Positions 54,317 to 60,816 of a stretch of 60,816 bases of DNA are shown piece after piece. The notes under the pieces were generated by a model that was not told where the DNA came from, did not search any database, and saw nothing but the letters and a program-made list of their open reading frames with translations. This stretch comes from a virus. Its lineage: Duplodnaviria > Caudoviricetes. Each line of letters opens with the position of its first letter. Position 1 is the first letter of the stretch. Both the position numbers and the translations under genes were made by a program. Location of the stretch: the IMG/VR virus record IMGVR_UViG_3300007775_000010, positions 1 to 60,816 of that record. One strand, written 5' to 3'.

Positions 54317-55260
54317 GCACCCCCCTTTGCGAATAGGTCACCCTGCGGCGCGGGCTCGTTGTGCCCCCGATTGTCTCGCTTCTTTCGCTTCTTTCGCGTG
54401 CACGTGGCACCTCGCCGAACCGAACGCACGTCGCCACCAGTGAGCAATCGCCGCATCGCCTCGAACTCGGCGAAGTCGCCGCGCTCGAGAATCGCGCACA
54501 GCTCGTCCACGACGCTCGCCCCCTCAGGCGTCGTCATGGACAGCATGCCGGGCACGTTCTCCATCGCGAGCGCCTTTGGCTGTATCTCGCAGACGACACG
54601 CCGGAACGAAACCGCCCAAACGAACGGATTGCTCTCCCACGAGCAGCGCTTCGCATTCAGCCCGTCCCACAACTCGCGGAATGCTTCCCGCTGCTCGTGC
54701 TCGAGCACGTACGGAAGCTCGACCACGGAGTAATCTATCGGCATGCCTTCGGCTGCGATGTCTTCGGTGGTGATGTCCTGCAGCCGCTCGAGGCGCACGC
54801 CGGTCACGTCGAGGTTGATGCGGGAGGCCCACCGAGGCATGTGGATTGATGGGCGCCAGCGGATCGAGTGGTCGTTCTTCGCAGCGGCTACCCACCGCTC
54901 TGCGGCTTCAGCTGTATTCGCAATCGGAGCAAACGAGTTGTCCGCGCGAAACCCGATGCCATCGGTGCCATCTGTCAGCTCCTCTGGACGCCAGCACTCG
55001 CGTACCCAGAGCCTGTCCCCCGCAACTCCGTACGGGCAATAGCGCTTTATCGATTCTGCGAAGTCGGACCATTCGACAGCGAAGACTCGGTCGCGCCACT
55101 TCCAGCCCGATGGGCGGTGTAAGTCGAGACGGCCGACCGCTTTCGTGTTCGGCAACGTCCGAACCGGTTGCGGATTGACGAGCCGCCGTGTCTGCGTCTT
55201 TTTCCCAGCGAGGATGGCGCGGACCATCTCGCCCGAGAACAGGATCGGACGCTCACGCAC
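54313..55260 (-). CDS. ASCH/PUA-like protein fused to a C5 DNA methyltransferase motif-VI fragment
   Basis: RPILFSGEMVRAILAGKKTQTRR...WRPSIHMPRWASRI...NPFVWAVSFRRV, then EIQPKALAMENVPGM. Confidence 0.75.
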   Translation of the reverse strand: MRERPILFSGEMVRAILAGKKTQTRRLVNPQPVRTLPNTKAVGRLDLHRPSGWKWRDRVFAVEWSDFAESIKRYCPYGVAGDRLWVRECWRPEELTDGTDGIGFRADNSFAPIANTAEAAERWVAAAKNDHSIRWRPSIHMPRWASRINLDVTGVRLERLQDITTEDIAAEGMPIDYSVVELPYVLEHEQREAFRELWDGLNAKRCSWESNPFVWAVSFRRVVCEIQPKALAMENVPGMLSMTTPEGASVVDELCAILERGDFAEFEAMRRLLTGGDVRSVRRGATCTRKKRKKRDNRGHNEPAPQGDLFAKGGA

Positions 55261-55335
55261 GGAAGCACCTCCCAACCGCCCACCCCGCGCCGATCAGCGC
55301 GAGGTCGCGGCAGTAGCGGATGACGAGACGGACCA

Positions 55336-55680
55336 TCAGAAGGCGAGCTCCCCCTGGTCGTCCTCGATCTCATCGTCGTCGGACCCAGTCCGCTCGGGGA
55401 GCTGCGGAGACCAGTCCGCCGGCTTGACCGGATCGATCCCGAACAGCCTGTGAGCCCGCGCCGTCGCGACTTCCTCGGTGCACGGATGCATTTCGAATAC
55501 CGACGTCGGGCGGATAAACTTCGTCACCGTCGCCCCGTCCTGTCGAGGCACGTCGACGCGCAGGAACCCGGCGCCGGCGATCGTCGCCTCGCTCACCAGG
55601 CCCGCTAGCGTCCGGTGGCCCATGATCTCCACGATCGCCCACTGCTTGAAGACTTCCGGTTCGTCGCTCATCCGGGTCAC
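55336..55680 (-). CDS. conserved phage hypothetical protein
   Basis: WAIVEIMGHRTLAG...FLRVDVP. Confidence 0.75.
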   Translation of the reverse strand: MTRMSDEPEVFKQWAIVEIMGHRTLAGLVSEATIAGAGFLRVDVPRQDGATVTKFIRPTSVFEMHPCTEEVATARAHRLFGIDPVKPADWSPQLPERTGSDDDEIEDDQGELAF

Positions 55681-55808
55681 CTCGTCCGTTCAGGGGTGCA
55701 TGCGTCACTGTGTGATCCCTGCGTCGCCCGCACCGATTGCTCGCGGGCCACCCTGCGGGCCCAGCCGCGGGTCAATGACGTGTGTGCAGTAGTCGACGCA
55801 GCCACGGG

Positions 55809-56138
55809 TCAGGCCTCTGTCCCCGTTCGCGACTCCGGCGGCACGTCGCCGAGCAGTGAGTCGAGGTATGCGAGATAGCCGTCCCGAGGCAGCGCCAGCG
55901 GGATCCACGCGGGTTGCCGGCTGCCCTCGATCCAGTCGCGCACGACGCGCTCATCGACGCCCACGTGCCGCGCAGCCTCGCGGCGGCTCCACCGGAGCAC
56001 TGACAGCGCGTGCACCAGTGCCAGGCCGGCACGGGCCTTGCGAGAGGACCGCAGCGATGCTTGGCACTTGGCTACGGATGGACCCCTAAGGGTGGCGATG
56101 CGGTCGCGGAGGTCGGCGATTTCGGGAGCGATGCTCAC
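55809..56138 (-). CDS. XRE/Cro-like HTH protein
   Basis: WSRREAARHVGVDERVVRDWIEGSRQP. Confidence 0.7.
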   Translation of the reverse strand: MSIAPEIADLRDRIATLRGPSVAKCQASLRSSRKARAGLALVHALSVLRWSRREAARHVGVDERVVRDWIEGSRQPAWIPLALPRDGYLAYLDSLLGDVPPESRTGTEA

Positions 56139-57022
56139 TTCAGTTTACTCGCCTCGGTTACGCCATGGTTGTAGATCGACTTCAGAAACTCCACGCCCGC
56201 CGCGACGTCCGTCGTCTTGGCGAAGTTCTTTATCGACTTGATCTGTCCGGTAGCCCTGACAGGGTCGGAGTTCTTGCCGAGCTTCCTCTGAAGCTTCTTT
56301 TCGTCGAAGCCGTCGCCATACTTCACGATGAACGCGGCCATGCTTCGGAGCATCAGCCCGTCGAAAGCGTTGCGGTCTCTGCCCCAGGAGCCAACGAGAT
56401 TCCTCAGGGTCCTGATCAACAGAACCCTGCCCGGGTGAGGGAATCGAGGCAGGCCGCTGACACCGCGGACGCAGCCGCTGTGGATCTGCACCAGGGCCTT
56501 GACCGCAGACACGCTGCCGTTCGAGTGACGAAACCCGAACGTGAGCCCGAAGCCTTCAAGGATAGAAACGATGTCGACGGTCGCCGGATTCCCCGCGGCG
56601 AAACTGATCCGAAACGTCTCGACCGCGCTCGGGTTCTTCTTCTTCCCGTTGAGGTCGAGGAACATCTGAGCTTCCTGTTCGAGCGTCAGGTCCCGCCAAA
56701 CCTTGAACGGGACAGGGATGTCGCCCATGCCAGCGATGATGGCGGCAGCGCAGCGGTGCTGAGAGTCCATCACGTAGTACCCATCAGCGCGAGCCGAAAC
56801 GGAGCCGACGCCGAACAGCGCTGGCTGGTATTCCGAAGCGATGTCAGCGGCATGCTTTGGCCGAAAGGCCTGTTGAACATGGTGATCAACCAGCACCTCG
56901 CTTGGTTTGAGCATCAAGATCTCAGGTTGGCCGTCTCGGAGCGGCCTTATTTCAGCGACTGCTTCAGAGCGTCGCGAAGACGCCGAATCCTTGACAAGCT
57001 TTGCGATAGACTGTGGACGCAT
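56135..57022 (-). CDS. ParB/Srx-fold (DUF6551/DGQHR-like) protein
   Basis: VDHHVQQ...IA...FGV..VS.R...YYVMDSQHR...EQEAQMFLDLN; AAGGAAGG RBS. Confidence 0.75.
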   Translation of the reverse strand: MRPQSIAKLVKDSASSRRSEAVAEIRPLRDGQPEILMLKPSEVLVDHHVQQAFRPKHAADIASEYQPALFGVGSVSARADGYYVMDSQHRCAAAIIAGMGDIPVPFKVWRDLTLEQEAQMFLDLNGKKKNPSAVETFRISFAAGNPATVDIVSILEGFGLTFGFRHSNGSVSAVKALVQIHSGCVRGVSGLPRFPHPGRVLLIRTLRNLVGSWGRDRNAFDGLMLRSMAAFIVKYGDGFDEKKLQRKLGKNSDPVRATGQIKSIKNFAKTTDVAAGVEFLKSIYNHGVTEASKLK

Positions 57023-57987
57023 CTGCTGACTTCCTTCTTGCTTGCTGAAACACCGTTCTCGCGAACCAGATCGGCGAGCTGTTCGACCATAAGCGTCGCC
57101 CCCTCGAGACCAGCGGCGATATGCTCCGCCTCCGACCATGCCTTCACCTTTGGCGCGTTCGCGGCGATCCCTATGTCCGACTTCAGCTTCGATACGGTCG
57201 AAGACTGCAGGCCGAGGCGCTGGGATATCTCGGTCGTGCCGAGCCCAGCCTCGTGCAGCGCACGGACATCGGCAGCGCGTGCCTCGTGGTCTACGCGCGG
57301 CTTTCGTTTTCGCTTCTCCTCTGGAGCAGCAGGAAGCCGATGCTGACCGTCAAGAATCGTGTATTCGACTGGCCCTTCCGCCTTCGCCGCGGCCACCGCT
57401 TCGGATACCGAGCGCTGAGACATACCAGTCGCTTCCGCGGCTTTCGCCTGGGTCGCGCCGTCCTCCACCAACTGAACCGCCTTTCGCTTCTGTTCGGGCG
57501 AGAGCTTTACGCGGGCGTCTGGCTTAGCATCATTATAACTCGGTATATTGCTGCTGAACCACTTGGACACCGTCGGCTGTTTGACCCCCAGCTGATCCGC
57601 AATCCGCTGCTGCGTGTTCTTCCTCGGGTCCTCTGCCCGCAGCTCGAACGCGATCGCTCGCTTGAGCTCCAGCGCCTCCGCCTTCTGGGCCTCCGACATG
57701 TTGCGTCGTCCGGTCGCGCTCCGCAGAACCATCGCGCGCTTCTCCGGCTCGGTCTTGCCGCCGATGACACGACACGCGACGCCGTCACCGAGAATGTCGT
57801 ACCGGTTGTGTCCGTCGAGGATGTTGCCGCCTTCATCGATCAACACCGGTGCCTGCTGCCCGTCGTCGCGCAGGCTGGCCTCGAGGGAGGCCCGCTCGTC
57901 GCTCGAGAGCGGCGGCACGAGATGCGCGTACGGCGTCTTCAGCTTTCGCGGGGCGCCCGGCCGCATCTGAACGACATCCGCGCTCAC
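56947..57987 (-). CDS. ParB N-terminal domain protein with three HTH motifs
   Basis: PPLSSDE...SLRDDGQQAPVLID...ILDGHNR...RRNMS; TQQRIADQLGV, TQAKAAEATGM, TTEISQRLGL. Confidence 0.8.
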   Translation of the reverse strand: MSADVVQMRPGAPRKLKTPYAHLVPPLSSDERASLEASLRDDGQQAPVLIDEGGNILDGHNRYDILGDGVACRVIGGKTEPEKRAMVLRSATGRRNMSEAQKAEALELKRAIAFELRAEDPRKNTQQRIADQLGVKQPTVSKWFSSNIPSYNDAKPDARVKLSPEQKRKAVQLVEDGATQAKAAEATGMSQRSVSEAVAAAKAEGPVEYTILDGQHRLPAAPEEKRKRKPRVDHEARAADVRALHEAGLGTTEISQRLGLQSSTVSKLKSDIGIAANAPKVKAWSEAEHIAAGLEGATLMVEQLADLVRENGVSASKKEVSRCVHSLSQSLSRIRRLRDALKQSLK

Positions 57988-58253
57988 GCCGCGTCTCCCT
58001 CGGGGTGTTGCTCAGCCGGGGGGCGCTCTGCGGAGGTGGGTGGGGGCGGCTCGTCCCAGGCTCGCCAGCTGATCCCAAGCTTGTCTTGGATCAGCGCACG
58101 AACCTCCGGAGGAGGCTTGCGCGCGCCTGAGGCCCACCGACTAACGCTGTCCTGCGGTGCCCCAAGGCGCTCCGCCATGGCTTTGCCATCACCATGGTTA
58201 GGCATCGTCGCAGCAAACTCCCTAGAGCCTCTTGATTCACGTTTCGTTGTCAC
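57984..58253 (-). CDS. Cro-like HTH repressor
   Basis: AMAERLGAPQDSVSRWASGARKP; divergent from the CI-like gene. Confidence 0.75.
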   Translation of the reverse strand: MTTKRESRGSREFAATMPNHGDGKAMAERLGAPQDSVSRWASGARKPPPEVRALIQDKLGISWRAWDEPPPPTSAERPPAEQHPEGDAA

Positions 58254-58261
58254 GCCTACGC

Positions 58262-58297
58262 AGTCTAGCCATATCGCCAATATTGGCAAGTGGGCAA
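58262..58297 (-). promoter_or_regulatory. leftward early promoter/operator (PR/OR-like)
   Basis: TTGCCA-16-TAGACT, 8 nt before the cro GTG; overlaps the palindrome GCCAATATTGGC. Confidence 0.7.
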
Positions 58298-58345
58298 CGT
58301 CGCCGGGCATCGACTTTTGGCGACGCGGCAATTACCTCCAGACCC

Positions 58346-58642
58346 ATGGCTGCTGATCGTGAGAGCGATGACGTGCTGGCAGCGATCGCTCGGCGCCTGG
58401 CTTACGCGATAGGCGAAGGGAAATGGACTGGGGCAGGGCTCGCCCGGCGTTCTGGGGTCGACCCCACAACGATCAGCAAGCTGCAGAACAAGCTGCGCGG
58501 CACAACCATCACCTCTTACATCAAGCTCTCGGGCGCACTTGGTGTGCCACCAGAGTGGCTCATGCTAGGGACCGGCCCAACGCCCGCGATCCGGCGAGCC
58601 CCCGACGACGCCCGGGACAAGCGTCGGAAAAGCGCCAGCTAG
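58346..58642 (+). CDS. CI-like XRE repressor without a peptidase domain
   Basis: AGLARRSGVDPTTISKL...LSGALGVPPEWLMLGTG. Confidence 0.82.
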   Translation: MAADRESDDVLAAIARRLAYAIGEGKWTGAGLARRSGVDPTTISKLQNKLRGTTITSYIKLSGALGVPPEWLMLGTGPTPAIRRAPDDARDKRRKSAS

Positions 58643-58822
58643 GCCCACCTGCTGAAGGCAACTCAGCACCCATTCGACTGAGCCCTCCTCGTGTGCCACC
58701 TCTTGGCGACCGACGTACACGACCGCACGGCACGAGTCCCCTACCCGGGAAATGACAGCGAGCGTCCGCATGTTCCTCCTGTCCCCATGGCCCAATTGCC
58801 AGCACCGGTCGATTTCATGGTA

Positions 58823-58858
58823 TTGCCCACTTGCCAATATTGGCAAACGGGCTATTCT
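58823..58858 (+). promoter_or_regulatory. rightward early promoter/operator (PL/OL-like)
   Basis: TTGCCA-16-TATTCT; palindrome TTGCCAATATTGGCAA; 58823-58844 is the exact inverted copy of 58276-58297. Confidence 0.7.
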
Positions 58859-58884
58859 GGTCCCTGCCACCACGGAGGGACCCC

Positions 58885-59184
58885 ATGCACACCAGCTCAC
58901 CGAACCCGCTTCGACACCCCAACGCCCCAAGTTGTGGGAAAACTCCGAAATCTGCTGAGAAAGCACGGGTAGGGGATTCGCCCGGCAGTCGCGCTGCCCG
59001 CGTCCGTCGCTGCAACCACACCCTGCTCACCGCACAGATCCATGACGGCGGGTTCGCTGCTGTCCGGTACCGGGGCCGCTGGGAGCTCTACACGGTCGTG
59101 GACGGACTCGAGCTGTTCGTGCGGCACGCTGATGCCGGCGAGGCCGCTCAGCTAGATACGATCGTCGCTCGGGAGGCAGCGTGA
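58885..59184 (+). CDS. hypothetical early protein
   Basis: GGAGGG RBS; first gene after the rightward promoter. Confidence 0.55.
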   Translation: MHTSSPNPLRHPNAPSCGKTPKSAEKARVGDSPGSRAARVRRCNHTLLTAQIHDGGFAAVRYRGRWELYTVVDGLELFVRHADAGEAAQLDTIVAREAA

Positions 59185-59522
59185 CAGCCCCCCCCAACCA
59201 GTTCCGCGAGCGCGCCCGGGACCGCAAGGCCGCCAAGCTCGTCGCCGCCATCGACGCGGACTGGATCGCCACCTTCGGCGCAGGCGCCCCCTTCCGCCAC
59301 GCGCGTGCGATCGCCTCCCGGCTTCGTGAGTGGGGCGACGCGGAGTGGCAGCAGGTCGCTGACGCGGCCGGCACCCGCCCGCCGAAGAGCTCGCGCCAGG
59401 CGGTGATCGCGACGTACGAGGCTCGGGCCGCGCAGAGCGAGCCCCGCAACTACCGCAGCGGTTCGCGTGCGGCGCAGGACGAGATTGATGCGGCGATCGC
59501 GACGAATGGGGGGCGGCTGTGA
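59181..59522 (+). CDS. hypothetical early protein
   Basis: GTGA coupling, GGGAGG RBS. Confidence 0.7.
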   Translation: MTAPPNQFRERARDRKAAKLVAAIDADWIATFGAGAPFRHARAIASRLREWGDAEWQQVADAAGTRPPKSSRQAVIATYEARAAQSEPRNYRSGSRAAQDEIDAAIATNGGRL

Positions 59523-59719
59523 TCCACCGCGCCACCCAGGTCGAGCTACCGCCGGCAGACACCGGCTACGCGGTGCACGCCCGCGACAACGCCCGGGCCG
59601 CGATCCGGCAGGCCGAGACGGCGGCGGAGCGGTGCCGGTACCTCGCGGAGCGCTACGGCGCGCCGAAGCCAGTCGCGGTCGTGACTGCTGGCACGAGGGC
59701 GGGACGGAGGTCGGCCTGA
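59519..59719 (+). CDS. hypothetical early protein
   Basis: Coupled on both sides. Confidence 0.55.
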   Translation: MIHRATQVELPPADTGYAVHARDNARAAIRQAETAAERCRYLAERYGAPKPVAVVTAGTRAGRRSA

Positions 59720-60222
59720 TGCGCTACCTCCTCCTCCTCGCCGTCAGCTGCAGCGCTCCGGCGCCCGCCACTGCCGTCCAGTCCGACGACGCTTCGCTCG
59801 CGCCCTACGCGGCACCGGACTACGGCGTCGTCCACGTCGACCGCGCGCAGGGCGCCCGCATCTGCGCGCCGATGGCCATCCGGTACGAGACCGGCATCGC
59901 GGCGGCCCGCTGGCATGAGCGGTCCGACGTGCCATTCGAGCTGCTCTGCCACGAGCCGACGATCGTCGTGCAGTGGGGCGACGTCGGCGGCTACTACGGA
60001 CAGCTCGTCTACTGGAGCCACGATGGAGAGCCGGCGCTGATCCTGCTGACGCCGGACCTGCCGGTGAGGCAACTCATCCCCGTGCTCACGCACGAGCTCG
60101 GGCATGCTCTCTCTCCGGTGGAGGGACCGCACCACCACCACGAGCCTGGAATCCTCGGCGACCCGTGGGTGGACGAGATCACCGACGCGGACATGCGGTT
60201 GGTGTTTGGGGGTGCCTCGTGA
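59719..60222 (+). CDS. putative lipoprotein zinc metallopeptidase (matrixin-like)
   Basis: MRYLLLLAVS-C lipobox; VLTHELGHAL...HHHH; ITDAD. Confidence 0.7.
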   Translation: MRYLLLLAVSCSAPAPATAVQSDDASLAPYAAPDYGVVHVDRAQGARICAPMAIRYETGIAAARWHERSDVPFELLCHEPTIVVQWGDVGGYYGQLVYWSHDGEPALILLTPDLPVRQLIPVLTHELGHALSPVEGPHHHHEPGILGDPWVDEITDADMRLVFGGAS

Positions 60223-60413
60223 CACCCCTCGGCCATGCCATGGCGTCGCGCGTCGCGCGAGTCGATGCTCTGCGCGCTAAGACAGATGAGGAGAGCGCGC
60301 ACCTGCACGCGACGGCTGACCTGGCGGCGCACCGCACGGTGGATGCCGTCTACCGCGAGTGGGACACGAGCCTCGCCGACGTCGAGCGCCGCGTGCTCGA
60401 GGAGGGGGTCTGA
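60219..60413 (+). CDS. hypothetical early protein
   Basis: GTGA and TGATG coupling. Confidence 0.55.
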   Translation: MTPLGHAMASRVARVDALRAKTDEESAHLHATADLAAHRTVDAVYREWDTSLADVERRVLEEGV

Positions 60414-60631
60414 TGGACTGCATGTGCGAGTTCGACGACGAGTGCAACGGGCTCGGGACGCTCCACTGCCGCGGCTGTGGCGGTGACCTGTGCGTCTGCG
60501 CCTGTGGCGGCGAACTGTGCGTCTGCGCCTGTGGCGGCGAACTGGACTGCGACGGCTGCCCCAACTGCATGGAGCTCGACCCGATGGATCGCATCGGCGA
60601 CCACGACTCCGACGAGGAGGACTGCCCGTGA
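60413..60631 (+). CDS. Cys-rich metallothionein-like peptide (72 aa, 15 Cys)
   Basis: GGAGG RBS; CxCxC repeats; 27-bp duplication at 60488-60541. Confidence 0.65.
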   Translation: MDCMCEFDDECNGLGTLHCRGCGGDLCVCACGGELCVCACGGELDCDGCPNCMELDPMDRIGDHDSDEEDCP

Positions 60632-60816
60632 ACCGCCGCGGCTACCCGCTCCGCTACTGGGCGGCGCAGGCCCGGGACGGACTGCACGCCATCGGTCTCG
60701 CCGAGGATGCCCGCCACATCGACGAGCTCTCGCGCGGCAACTGCCGACTCGGCCCGCTCGGAGACCAGGTGCAGGCGTCGCTCCGGCTCGCTCGCGCGGC
60801 TGAGGCGGTGCTGACC
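60628..60816 (+). CDS. 5' part of a hypothetical protein that continues into bases 1-90
   Basis: GTGA coupling; exactly 63 codons with no stop, in frame with position 1. Confidence 0.7.
   Translation, partial: MNRRGYPLRYWAAQARDGLHAIGLAEDARHIDELSRGNCRLGPLGDQVQASLRLARAAEAVLT

Larger units (their letters stand above)
1..60816. mobile_element. Complete circularly permuted myovirus-type phage genome with Mu-like morphogenesis genes and a lambda-like immunity switch
   Basis: Terminase, portal, protease, capsid, sheath, tube, tape measure, baseplate and lysis genes are present in order. An ORF runs in frame across the 60816/1 junction. No host housekeeping flanks. Confidence 0.93.

Noticed and set aside
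54313-54620. Functional DNA cytosine methyltransferase
   Set aside because: Only the ENV motif region is present; the SAM-binding and catalytic PC motifs are missing
1-60816. tRNA or rRNA genes; alternative genetic code
   Set aside because: None recognised by eye (tRNAscan-SE not run). Genes end normally at TGA, TAG and TAA with tight coupling, so there is no sign of stop-codon reassignment.

Overview
The window appears to be a complete, circularly permuted, GC-rich tailed-phage genome of 60,816 bp. One ORF reads in frame from 60628 through the end of the window into bases 1-90. The host is probably a myxobacterium or another high-GC diderm, inferred only from the style of the lipoproteins and regulators. 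A divergent CI/Cro-type switch at about 58.0-58.9 kb has two mirror-image promoter/operator sites. The rightward early arm (58.9 kb through the junction to 7.56 kb) encodes small proteins, a HExxH lipoprotein, a Cys-rich peptide, a putative annealing protein, an HNH nuclease, SbcD/SbcC-like proteins, a LexA-type DNA-binding domain and a TnpB N-terminal stub. The leftward arm encodes two ParB-like proteins, ASCH, two sigma-70 region-4 proteins, DUF3310, ThyX, RuvC, a DnaA domain IV protein, a replication initiator containing iterons, a clamp-like protein and terminases. It continues with a Mu-like head and contractile tail module, tail fibres and a lysis cassette. I found no integrase or Mu transposase. 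The main points of interest are: (1) a MuF head protein fused to a PI3K/HipA-like kinase, followed by a coupled candidate immunity gene; (2) five leaderless late promoters (TTCGS-N19-TASCST-CGCC) in a genome with two stand-alone sigma-4 proteins; (3) a lysis operon with a holin-lipoprotein fusion and an intact trypsin zymogen; (4) an accessory insert (Pro-rich peptide, SLATT-like 2TM protein, antisense lipoprotein) inside the baseplate genes. All calls come from reading motifs by eye; no database searches were run.
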